64,000 nt of DNA. Source: Amphiscolops sp. MND2022. Taxonomy: Eukaryota. Shown one piece after another: positions 52,001 through 64,000 of the stretch. The position numbers and the translations under genes are program-made. The first letter of the stretch is position 1. The number at the start of each line of letters is the position of its first letter. The DNA lies in assembly GCA_964187785.1 (NCBI GenBank), contig OZ076416.1, positions 31,682,001-31,746,000 of the forward strand. The letters run 5' to 3'. The notes under the pieces are model-generated. The model saw only the letters and a program-made list of their open reading frames with translations, did not search any database and was not told the origin of the DNA.

Positions 52001-52559
52001 TTCTTTTTTGATTGATATCTATTTGCTAAAAAACTAAATGCGTTTGCGTAGCAACATCAAAGAGAGCATGATATGCGCTCGCTTTTGCGCTTTGATAAGC
52101 CTTCTCAAAAATACGGGCTCATAAGGCGATTTTAGCGGCGCACAAAACTACGGTCCCTGATGCTGCCTTGAATATTTATCACGTTGATAGAAAACTATTT
52201 TTTAAAGGTAACGACAAACGATTACGTAACTACGAGAGTTACGTTATTCATACCGTACACTATTCCGAAGTTCAACTCTATTAAGAAATTGAATTATGAA
52301 GATTTGACCCACAATTGGAACCGAAATTTTTCCACATGCATTCTGAGTGTCATGTCGATGACGGCCCAGGGGATCATATTCAAGTTCATCAAACAAAACT
52401 TTATATATGTGTCCAATGCAACGGCATAACGGGGATGGTGGCGCATGGATAAGGCGAGTAGTGAAGCTTGAGGCGTAGTCTGTCACCGGATCGATCCCCA
52501 ATAAAATACTCTGCCAGGCGATTCTATGCAGACAACTCGGTATTCCCCCAGATCGATCC

Positions 52560-54290
52560 GGTAAAAGACTTCAGAGGGCCTAATTGAAGATCCACCCACT
52601 GTGTTCACAGACAATAGATCAATATCACGCTTCTTTCAACCCAGTTTTTCCCCCAGCGTTATGGAATCACGTGATTACGTATTACAATAAAATTTTATAA
52701 TCGCCCACGTTGCTGGGTCCATGAACACTGCAGCAGATTTCCTATTACGAACGGAAGTTAACCCAATTGAAATGATCGAAATGATCATCCGAAGCAACGA
52801 TCAAACAACAGCAAATCAAACAAACAATAATTCAAGATACAATCTACACAACAGTCGAAGAAGAACAAAGCTACATCTTATCTGTTGATGAATTCGATGA
52901 AAGTCAACTCTGGGAAAAAACAAAATGTTCAAAACAACTCTTCGAAAAATTCCTCCAAGCCATGCATGGTCATTACTAAGCTGATTCAGGAAACTAGACA
53001 AAAAAATTACTATCCATGTATTGCTAGAAACAATCAAAAAATGAGTTAAGAACTGCCAAACTTGCATGCAAACCAAATGAAACTACAATGACCTGATCAG
53101 AACTGAACTGCTTAATTTCCCCGAATGAGACTTGGGTCCTAAGGACATAGTGCAAATGGCCATATTACCCCACCTATCCCCCAGCGGGGATTACGATCAC
53201 ATCTTAACAGATATTGGCGTATTTTCTAGATACTTGTTTGCTCGCCTGGTGACCCGGATCACTGCAACAGCAGTGGCCCGAGTAATCACGGATCTATTAT
53301 GCAAACACACATACCTTTCTACCACAATCATCACAGAACTTGGAACCTAATTCAACGCTCAAGTAGCTCATGAAGTTGCTGCTTCCTTTGAAGTCCTTTG
53401 AATCAACTTGGAGCACGCTATCATGAATTATGCCCAAACAATTGGACTCCTTGAGAGATTCCATGCATCAGTCAAAACACAGCTTTTAGCCGCAACAAGC
53501 GAAGTTAGGAACAACTGGCATATATTTCTCCCAATGGCAGTCCTCAATTACAACACAACGTACCATGTATCACTCGGTTGTGAACCTTTAACAGTTTTCC
53601 ATTGTATACCACACAATACACTCGACTATAAACCCAGAAACAACCATAAACTTAGATATCAGCCTCAAACTGTTGTTGCTGATGAAATCCAAAGAAGAAT
53701 GAAAGTACTCCCTGGTCATAGCAAAAAGAATATCAAGCAATTGTATCTCAAATATAAAGCATAATACGATAGGAAAGCAAATTATCACCTCTGGAAACTA
53801 CTGACTATTGTTACATCTTAACCCCGAAAACCGATCGTCAATTAACGAAAATACCATTCATGAGTTCAAATGGATTGGTCCATGCAAATTTGAAAACCTC
53901 CTTCCTAACAAAATCTACATAGTTAGAAGGGTTGACACTAACAAAATTCAACTACTACATCGAATCCGTCTGCCCTAATCCGTCCGCCACGCAAGCGACT
54001 TTAGCAGACATTTTCGTCTGAGAAACAGATTGCCAAAAAGACGAGCAGATGCCAGTCACACATGATGACTTATATGCTCAATCATGAAATACAACCTTTG
54101 GTCCCATTTGATGAAAATCGACAAGATTATTCGACTAAGACGGACGAAACAGAATATGTTCCAATCTAGGTACCTGAAGATAACCACCCACTCTTTCCAA
54201 AACTTCAAAAAACAGACCACGGAACCTGAGGAAAAAAATTCCCCATAAACCAAGGTTGGCGAATTTCCTAGTAGCCGAAAGACGCAACTG
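52560..54290 (+). pseudogene. pol: E5: decayed RNaseH-integrase of a Gypsy related to E2
   Basis: TDNRSISRFFQ..IAHVAGSMNTAADFL; CQTC; VFSRYLFA; AQTIGLLERFH; LNYNTTYH.SLGCEP, colinear with E2 pol. Confidence 0.85.
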
Positions 54291-54299
54291 ATTGTATGT

Positions 54300-56383
54300 G
54301 AGTTACGAAAAAGAGTTGACACATTGGGTACTGTTGCATAGGACACCTGACGACTGTTTACACATTACTGGAAAATCTCCTCATCTGGACGCAGTTCATC
54401 AATGGTACAACAAACCGGACAGGAATTTTCGCCATTGGTGGAAGACACAAGCAAGCGTATTTGAACACCTGGTGTAACTCTGCTCGACAATTGAACTCGT
54501 AGGGGCTAGATAGAAACAGGAACAAGTCACTTGTTCGATCAACTTGAAACGATCGAAGTTTAGGCACCAAAGCCTTGAACTGACTGACTGCTTTTGTTTA
54601 TCACTTGCAGTCATCCACCCGTGTGAGAAGACAAAGTAACTAGTTAAACGTTCAATAGCATGTAAGTAACGTTCGTCTTCTCCGTCGAGAACCATAGCTA
54701 AATCAAAACAAGACAGTCTCCGGATGAGATCCGATTAGACGATCTTGTGTTGCAATACAATGCGGCAGAAAACTTTGTAAAAAGAAATGGACTGATCATT
54801 GAATTTGCCCGGTGTAGGTAATATACTTGACGTAACAAGTTGATGGCAATCTGAGATCAACACGAAATGGTCAACTTTTCTAAATAGGAAATCTGTCTGA
54901 GTTAGATCCAATTTCAAATAACTGTCCCAGTCTGAAATACAGCCTAGAAATTTGTCCAGAAGGATATTTTGGAGCTGACTATAGACAAACACTGCAAATT
55001 AGTTGAATAACTGGAATCCATCTCCTTAACCAGTTCGCGTCGCGGAAAGCGAAGAAGTAAATTGAAAACAAAAAATGTGATTATGCGACATTATGCGAAA
55101 AACGTGTGATGATCGCGGAAGTGAGAACACCGCATATGCAGCAGCAGGCGTAAATGAGAGTGACGTATATGCCGCATTCTACGGTTTTGTCGTTTTTCCT
55201 CTCTGAGTGCTAGAAGCTACATGAAAACAAAAGCTATGAATGAAGGAATCCTGATTTCAAGGAAAACTGGAGTAATATGGACTACCATTGCACAATGAAA
55301 GGAATGGAGAAAACAAAAGGAATCCTATCAGTGCCAAGTGACTGGAGCAAAAAATAAAACAACACTAACAATGGTTTCATACGCATCGGATAACAAACAA
55401 TCTGGCTAAGTAGGAATTATCGAGCCTGAAGCACCCGTTCAGCGTACTGGGCTAAATCAAACGACTGTGGATTAACATACGAATATGTAGGAATCAAAAA
55501 TTGGATCTAGGATGGGCAGTACCTCTCTCTTGTGGATCCGAAACGCTGGTAATCTCCAAATCCAATTCAGGTGGTCCAGCACTTTATCCCATTTCATCGA
55601 AAGCCATGCAATGATGGACAAAGCTTCCTCCAGAATGTAACGTAAATGTAGTACATACTGGAATGAATAAAAACGGATATTGATAAAAACAAAAGCAATC
55701 ATGAGGATTCTAAATGAGGAAAATACCATACCTGATGAAGGGAACCATTTTGGCCCAGAGCCGTTCTCAGTTTTAATAAAAAGAAATCCAAGATTGTTCT
55801 AAAGTCGTGTCTTTCGAGGATCCGGAAGTTGGCATGGCAATCATTTTTCTAATTCCATTGGTCCAAACCCAATATTCACTACGGGGCGATTTTTGCTGGT
55901 AGCAAATTGGTTAGACAGGATCCGACCCTCTCATCAAAAGTGATAAGGCCAATGCATGCTGGTGGGGACTAACAGAGACTAAAGAACGGTGAGAGTAATG
56001 TAAAAATTCTTCTGGGCAAGAGCGTTCCACGAGGTCCAGACCCCAAACAGACTTTATAGTACATGTGGCCAGACCGAAACTTCAAGTAAAGGTAATTCTC
56101 AGTGAAGGAGTTTTGGAATGATAATGAATAAATCCCAGTAGTAACAGTAGTGACCACACTGTAGTGTATTAACTCACGGAACATGTAACTTATGATCGCC
56201 TAACCAAGGAGCAAAATTCGACTACTTCGAAATAGACGAGAAAGAGATACTTGTATAGAGAAGATGTCTTCTCCAATTGTAACAAGACGTTTGAGCGCTG
56301 CTCCCGGGCGCCAATCGTGGATATCTTCTGAAATTCCGAGGAGGATTCCAACGTGTCCTTTAAGGCGGAGTCCGTGTTCCAAA
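54300..56383 (-). pseudogene. Decayed multi-exon gene antisense to E5 pol, apparently homologous to 12601-14808
   Basis: Acceptors at 56384, 55658, 54992 and 54698; donors at 55731 and 55522; open 135-nt exon 55523-55657 (YVLHLRY..KWDKV..KRE); motif matches to the E2 gene (see findings). Confidence 0.55.
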
Positions 56384-56689
56384 CTGCAAAATTGGATTAG
56401 GACACTTTCGCTTGGACTCGTCGATGAGCTTTGGTCTTGTAATCTATCCTGCCTAACTAGTAAGTAACATCCATCTAGCTGTCGTACAAAAGAATATGAT
56501 TCTTTGGCGTCTTTGGGACAGGCCCTAACGCAAAATACTGTAACCGTGGATGTTTCGTCAACATAGCAGTAATCAAGGAGTGCTTTGGTCTACGTCTTTT
56601 TAGTCGTCGCTTTCTCCTTTTAAGGAAAAATGCCCGACTAGAGCAGTCACCTTTGTTTCTTCAGACTACAATCCTCCACTTTTTAGAAA

Positions 56690-57199
56690 CAATCCTGAAA
56701 CCACCTACACCTAAGGCCAAGTCCGGGGCCAAGGCAAACTTAGTCCAAACGTACCCCTTTTTCTTTTTTACTTTTTCAAGGTAACCTACAAAACCGGACG
56801 GGACATAAAGAGTTCCCCCTTTCGATTTTTTTCGGCAATGTGCGACTTTTTATCGAAAAGTTTTTGTCGCCATAGGACCTCCCTTTCATTTTTAATTTTT
56901 TTAAACGTAACCTACAAAACCGAATGAGACCAAAGGGTCGCCCTTTCAATTTTTTTCAGCGCCATGAGACTTTTTTTTGAGTTTTTTTTGGTCTCCAAAG
57001 TTCTCTTCATTTTTTTTGATATTTTGTAACAAACTGGATTTCTAAAAAGCCCAAGGGGTCCCCCTTTTACACTTTTCGACATTGTGAGATTTTTCGAAAT
57101 GATTTGTTTTTCGTAAAAATTGTTTTTTTTCAGTTTTCAAAAACTTTTCGCTTTTTGAGCCTTAGATATAGCGCCGACTTTAGACGTTCTCGTCTTGTT
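56690..57199 (+). mobile_element. Helentron/HINE-like element, related subfamily copy C
   Basis: 3' end gagccttagatatagcgccgactttagacgttctcgtcttgtt parallels copies A/B; same internal ccccttt..ttttcggca subrepeats; 5' limit approximate. Confidence 0.55.
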
Positions 57200-58859
57200 C
57201 CTCGTAGCGCGGGTTGTTCTGCAGAACTAGGACAAGGTCAAGTATCTCCTGATGGAGGTTCAACAGATTCTCTTTGTCGGATGTTTTGGCCACTTCAAGT
57301 TGATGGGGCTAGCGGATTTTCAACAAAAGTTAACGTAATGTTTTTTACACTCTGATCGTCTAGAAGTAATACAGTTCGAGGAATTCGATCAAGCACGTTA
57401 AACAAAGCTATGACCTCCCGTCAGGTAATGATAATTTGTTGAACCACCTCCCTGCCTGTTCACCAATGCCCTCACTCAAAGAATCCGTAGAAGTTTCAGC
57501 GTCGGGCTCACTGGTTATTGGCTCGTTGTCCGGTATTCTTGTATCCTAAATTTAATTATCTGGACCTCCCGCATCAGAAGTAATGGGTAATGGGGGGGTG
57601 TCTAGACGATTTTGCGCTTCGTAGTGAGGGTTGTAGCCCTTTCAGTGTTTCGTTGGAACTCGGTGAAACGTGGGGATGTAGTTATGTGAGTCATTGCGGA
57701 TTGCTCTTTAACAATTGTGGGCGTCGCCATAGTCCCCCTTCAATTCCCATGGCTGAAGTACCCTGAAATGGCAGTTTTATTTCCTGTGTGGGAAAGTCTT
57801 CAGTCTCGTCTGCAATGTCGTGAATCAAAAGCGCTCCAAGCACGGGAGACTCGTTCAAGTCGGCTAGTAAAAGGCGTTCATTCGGTCGTTTTTCGCAGTA
57901 ACTGGAGATCGTTGAAATAACGACGATTCAGAATAACAACATTGGAACGGCGAAGCAACTTGAAGTTGGTGTAAAAGTTTTTATTGGGGTTCGCGACGAG
58001 GGAGACTTCTGAGTTGCTCCGAGTTCAATTAAAACAAACGATCAACTGCTCAAGCGGAAGCGGAGGCAAACAAAATCACAGGAAGTGGTTCAAATCAGCT
58101 CTAAACCGGACGCGGTGAAAGACGTAACTGACCTACTTCCAATCATTATCAACTTGAAACGGATACGTTTCGAGATAAATTAAAGGAAACGACCTTCATA
58201 GTATGGATATTTTCGAACACGAGCCTGGCCAGCTTTGCATGACGAAATCTCTGATCAAACAAATCCTATTCCAAATCAAAAATCAAAAATGAAGTTCGGA
58301 TTATGCCGGAACGACTTAGAAGGGGACTTGTATCCCCATGCAGCAGTTTGTTGTCTTGAAAATTGGTCGTTACGGGGATTCCTGCGATTATTCAAATCCT
58401 TCCTTGTAAAGAGGAGTAATAGTTTTGAGCAATAACAGTATATAGTTTTGTAAACAATGAAATATTATGTTCTGGATGGGAGTAATGGAATATGATAGTA
58501 CTAGAGCCCAAAAAAAGAACTGATGAAGAGAAAAGACTATTACTACGAAACAGATTACTGGATAAACACAAAAAGTTTGGTATACTTGAACTATAGAAAT
58601 GAAAAGCATACGAATTCGAACGCCGTGTACTACCAAGTACACGCAAAAAGCAAAGTTTGGATTGAATCACACTCAAATCTGATTCTTCGATTAAATGTCA
58701 ATCACTTCAGCCAGGCTGATTGATTACATCTTTGACAACAACAAAATTGACAAACTACGTGATTTCCTGCCAGTTATGATGAATTGAATGCGTATACAGT
58801 CTCATACGATACTGGAGTCACTCAATATGCGGTATCATAATGAATTGCAAGTGCCTGCC

Positions 58860-58987
58860 GTGTATGCGATATCATGCGGACTTGCAATTACCGAGTATGC
58901 GGTTTTATGCCGAATTGCAAATGCAGAATGTGCGGCATCATGCGGAATTACAGATGCCGAGTATGCGGCACTATGCGGAATTACAGA
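58860..58987. repeat. 33-bp tandem repeat x about 4 (gtatgcggc..tatgcggaattacagatgccga)
   Basis: Direct reading; related tatgcgg motifs at about 55080-55190 and 60930-60990. Confidence 0.75.
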
Positions 58988-61414
58988 CAAAAGATATACA
59001 ACTTGAAAAAATAATTGTCATTGATGAGATGACGTAATAAGGCGGATTCATGCTCACTGCTCGAAGTCAAATAAAACTACACTGCAAGTGTGATCAAACT
59101 AAACTTCCTCTAAGCAACAATGGTAAATGGTTAACTGCAGGGCAATCATCACTACTTATACGTTTTGTGATGAAACTAGCTTGCCGATGAATTTGGGCAC
59201 ATAATGTTAGATTATGGGATATCTTTGATTATCGCTAGAAAATTAACATACGCGTTAAATGTCAGTCATCAGAGCTTAGCGCACTTTTCAAGTGCAGGAC
59301 TAGTAACACCAAAAAAGGACTGAACAGCTGGACCCGGGTACTTACATTTGTGCGAATTAACTTTTCTTTTCAATATTCCATCATCTTCTTGAACCTGAAA
59401 AGTAAAACTGAATGAGTATATTTCTGTTCGATGTTTCACAAATGATCATTGTCATGCAAAATTAAATTCACCTTCCCGAAAAAGGGAAGCCGAATTGTTG
59501 AGATATCGTTTAAAACGCCACTTCAATGAAGTGGAGAGCATCTAAAGGAAGCGCATCACATAGGGAAACCGAAAGAAACACCCAAAAGTGAATTGTTTAC
59601 ACCTCAATGACAGAAAAAATTATTCTTAGCACTTTGAAATATCAGACTATATAACTCAGGGTCTTTATAGGGATCGGAATTGGAACTGAAAACATGACTC
59701 ACAAGTATTGGCGGGAATTGTCGAAGACAACAAGAACTGTGGAGACGACCACCATGAGGCCTTGTTGCTGATTCAAAAACAATAACCCATCAAAAAGTAA
59801 TTTTCAATCAAACTGAAGTAGTCAGAACATTAATACATGCAAGCTTTCTTCTTCTATAACATGCATAACTGAACCGAACCCATGGATAATCTACCAATCT
59901 TTCTTGAGGACGGATCTCCGCTATTCATCTTGTCCCCCGAAAATTTGACGGCTGCAGTGATTCCGGGGAAGAGTGTACCGTCCATCCTGGTGATGTGACT
60001 ATTCGAGAGGACCGGCTCACCAGTAGGTGAATACCAGTAAGTAAGACATTTGCTACTTACCCACCAAATTTCATGGCTACTGCTTGTAATTTCCAAATGC
60101 TACAATCCAATGGTTTTAACAATCAACATCAAACAATTTACTCTAACAATTACAGCCGATCGGTAGTGATATTTCGTACAAATGTGAACCTACCTATATA
60201 TTGTAAAACCTGATATTGTACAAAACTGCTCGATTGATGATTCAAATACCTCCTGACATTCCCCAGCAAACCTCTGTGAACAATTTCCCTTTCCATGTGG
60301 GACACAGTTTTAATTTGCTGCTTATTCCGACCCATGAAACACAAATGCATAGACTAATCCCCACCGTTATGCAGGTTTCTGCGATTGGTGTGGGAATCGC
60401 TATAACCAAATCGCAATAGAAATAGTGGGCGAACATTTGATAGCAACCGGTCGTGATGAAGAAACTGTAAGTGACCGAGGAATAAGATCGCGAGCAATTG
60501 TTGACGCTCTGAAGCTGCCGTGTTCTCGTTCAAAGGTGCGAAACTGTCACAACTCCGCAGTTACGTTGGTGGTCTCGGGCAATCATGAAAGAAAAGAGGT
60601 AAAGCATCTTTGAGGTGAAGGACGAACAACTCGAGGACCTAAAAAACTTCTAAACTTTTCCCACTTCCTTGCTTTTGTTTTCCGTGTTGCTTTGTTTTCG
60701 GTTCAAAGTTCAAAATTCTCGTAATTTTTTTTAGTCTATATCGTTTAATTGAAATAGATAGTGTTCATATTATACCATTTGTTTTAATTATTGTTGCCAT
60801 CATCCTTTTTCTTGACCTTGATGAATATTGATTTCATGAACTTTGGATTTAGAATGCTATTTTGCTATTTCTGAGTAATTGTTGTGAACGAAAGGTCAAT
60901 GACACGTCACTAAACGAGATCCATAATGAACGGTATACGTCACTATGCGGTATTCATAGTGACTTATATACGTCACTATGCGGAATTCAGCTCAGATTAA
61001 GTGTTTTGGTACTTTTATTCAACATTGATCATACGTCACGATACGGAAAATCGGGTGAGGCATATGCGACATCCTACGTTTTTCCTGAGGAGACTTGTTG
61101 CGTTTGTACATTTAGAGATTTGGATGCCATGCAATACCTATTTGTAAGTTATAAAAAGACTTACAGCAAAATGTCGTTAGACTATTTATAGCATTTTTGA
61201 ACCCGTGACAACCCTAAACTTGATTGTCATGTTTTGTGACTTTTCATTTGTAAAAAGTGCGGAATATCTCAGTTGATATCTGCAAATATGTGCAAATATC
61301 TTTTGATGTGTGCAAATATCACAGTTGCTTCTAAACAGTATACCCAAACACTGTAAAAGCTGTTTCGTTGATAACTATTTGTTTCACCCGAATTGATTTC
61401 ACAACGACAGAATT

Positions 61415-61720
61415 ACGATAATGAAAGAAGAAACAAAAACAACCTAGATGCTATTCTGAAGGAAATAAAAAGCACGTCTATGACGACAAACTCTAAATCA
61501 GAACTAATTGAAATAGGAAATATGCATCTATCGGGATCCGGAGAGGGAAGTCTATAGGAGTTAGCGCATCTAGGAAGACATTCCTCAGATATAAGAAGCA
61601 TCAGATGTGAGAGAACTTAGACATCCAGCTAAACCTATACGTCAAAATGATTCAACCGTAGACACAACGGCAGATTCAAACGAAGACTCTGATGAGGAAG
61701 ATTATCACAGTTGTTGAAAG
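61415..61720 (+). pseudogene. Possible gag N-terminal remnant
   Basis: NLDAILKEIKSTSMTTNSKSE..LSGSG..SIGVSAS recalls gag N-termini of such elements (from memory only). Confidence 0.3.
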
Positions 61721-61749
61721 TGGTAATTTGGTAAAATCGTTATGATCAA

Positions 61750-62460
61750 AAGTCTGATTTGAACCGAAAGAGTAACATTCGTGTAGGCGTTTAACAAAGA
61801 ACAGAATGAGTTATGCGAGAGTTAGCGATCACTACTGTGCTAATTTGTGTACTGATTGCAAGGTCGTTGAATTCTATTGCGGATGTGTCATCGGATGGTA
61901 AGACTCAATTTTTGCCATACAGCGCTCTAAGTGGTCTTTCGGCGTTGGCGCTAATTGTTTGTTCACTTGACCGTTTTCTCACTCTCATATGACCACAATC
62001 TTTACGTTTGAAAAAAACTAACGTGCATATATATTGAGTTTCAAGCAAAATACTATAAATGACGTGAAACCGATGGTTCACTAGGAAAGGACGAAGTAGA
62101 AGTCTGATTTCAACCGAAAGAGTAACGTGTAGGCGTTTAACAAAAGTAAGAATGAGTTATGCGAGAGTGAGCGATCACTACTGTGCTAATTTGTGTACTG
62201 ATTGCGAGGTCGTTGACCTCTATTGCGGATGTGTCATCGGATGGTAAGACTCAATTTTTGCCATACGGCGCTCTAAGTGATTTTTTTTGTTGGCGCTATT
62301 TGTTTGGTCACTTGGCCAGTTTCATACTTGACCACAATAGGGCTACCAAATAATTTCCGTGCGCCAATTTTGCGTTTGAAAAATTTTAACGTGCATATAT
62401 AATGAATATCAAGCAAAATGTTACTTTGGTGGAAATCGATGGTTTACTATGAGAAGGGGA
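61750..62460. repeat. Tandem direct repeat, unit about 350 bp x2
   Basis: aagtctgattt..accgaaagagtaac at 61750 and 62100; homology continues through aacgtgcatatata..caagcaaaat. Confidence 0.85.
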
Positions 62461-64000
62461 GGGAGAATATGATGAAGTATTGTGAATGAAGATGCAATTG
62501 AGTAAAGAAAGGAAGTTCACCTTTTGTAGATCGTTTCGTTTGATCTGTGAGTGTCTAAATTTGTACAGAGCGGCTGATATACAAACCATGGATGTCTTTA
62601 ATCGTTCAATCATTACTCTGGTTAAGCTATGTGAAAACAATGGTCATTTTCGCCTATATCAACATCCGTTCTCCACCGATAGGAGAACGATGACGAAAGA
62701 TCATTGTTTTTACACCGTTTTTATTGATTGGTAGCACCAATTCTCACTTTCTAAGCAATAGGAAAGAGATCGTTCGTACAATTCAAGTCTTGAGCAGCTA
62801 AGTTAGAGACTTTCCAGCTGTCGGTTTACATTTCATCGTTTATTCATCGTTTTTGCTTTCGTGACTTGTTTTTCTCTGATATTACAAACATATATGCACA
62901 GTATTGATCCAGGAGGCTCGTAATAAATAGTACATAATTCAATTTCAGAGTACACGGATTGAATTAGTTACGTGGAATTGCGAACAACCAACCAAGATCC
63001 TTATTAGATGGCTTCATATTGCCCATAGATATGTTATTATAACATAAAATGATATAAATATAGTGTAAGAAAATCCAATTCGGGGGTCGGAGAGAGTTTT
63101 ACCTCCAATTGGAAGCTTAACAGACAAAAAGGTTGTTTTAGTGAGTCAGCCAATTCTCTTGAAGGTACTGTCTTTTTCTCTCCGGATTTGCTCTATCGGC
63201 TCGCGTCTTCCAAACTTTCGAGTAATGGAATAATACAATTACTTCTTTATCGCAAAAATAACACTGATATTTTATCACACAAGATAATTTATCACAAAAA
63301 TAAGTAACTCAAATCAATCAAACTAACTAATTTTCATCAATCGAAGAAACAATCTTCGATTCAGCCAACTACAGGTTTATCACAAGTCCCGGACTTGTCA
63401 TGTAAATCTACCGAACTACCGACAACGTAATCTTCTAGAAGTGTCTCTTGTCTCCGCGAGACTCAACTTTCTTCTAGCTCTCTTACTCGGTTGAAAAGCG
63501 CAAGTGTTATTCCGAACCAGTATCTTGTCTCCGCAAGACTCATTTTACACCCAGCTTTCTAACTCGGTTCTCTCTATTCAAGTATATTGCAATTCCACCT
63601 CAATTATATTTGTTCATCGCCCGCATTTTGGATGGTTTCATCTTTACTTTCTACCATACTTGGCATTTTAGTTACATACAGGGCGACGAAGTCTTAAATT
63701 TGCATGAGTTTACCTTCATGTTTACTAATCCTTTTATGGCATGGCGGTCGCTTCTAATGATACTTCAGCTGAACATTCTTTGCCGCCAACGACAAATAGT
63801 TCGACACTTGTTGTACAAAGTTCACATTTCAATAATAATTCAAGTCACCCGAGATATTTCAAATATCGAGCTAAATATTCAATGTCCTTCAATTACATGG
63901 TTTACATGCTCTCCACGTGTGAGGGGTACTTTTCTATCATTCTGAGCGCGGTGCATCGCCATTTCTTTTGCCTAACTGAATTGCATAAATTATCACACAA

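Noticed and set aside
58860-58987. CRISPR-like array
   Set aside because: Contiguous 33-bp units without unique spacers, no cas genes, eukaryotic context
63063-64000. LTR starting TGTAAG
   Set aside because: No partner, PPT or PBS visible in the window

Overview
AT-rich eukaryotic (animal-like) repeat-dense DNA, made almost entirely of nested, mostly decayed Ty3/Gypsy LTR retrotransposons plus small non-autonomous DNA elements. The repeat families remind me of acoel genomes, but that is recollection and cannot be verified here. Best resolved features: (1) E1, a young, complete, pol-less LTR element at 234-6948 (-), with 1290-bp LTRs differing at 15 positions by my count, a GCCTA target-site duplication, PBS, PPT and a -1 slippery site; (2) E2, a decayed gag-PR-RT-RH-IN element at about 16.4-23.7 kb (-); (3) a decayed element with integrase followed by a class III (gB/chuvirus-like) env-type ORF at 39.8-45.6 kb (-); (4) E5, an RH-IN remnant at 52.5-54.3 kb (+); (5) the only evident host gene, an IFI6/IFI27 (ISG12)-family gene at about 30.8-31.5 kb (-). 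The most unusual signal: E2 and E5 each have, just 3' of pol and antisense to it, a multi-exon gene with apparently homologous exons and matching intron phases, and E1 has an antisense cassette in the same position. In addition, gag starts 100-190 codons inside the LTR and reads through the PBS in two different families.
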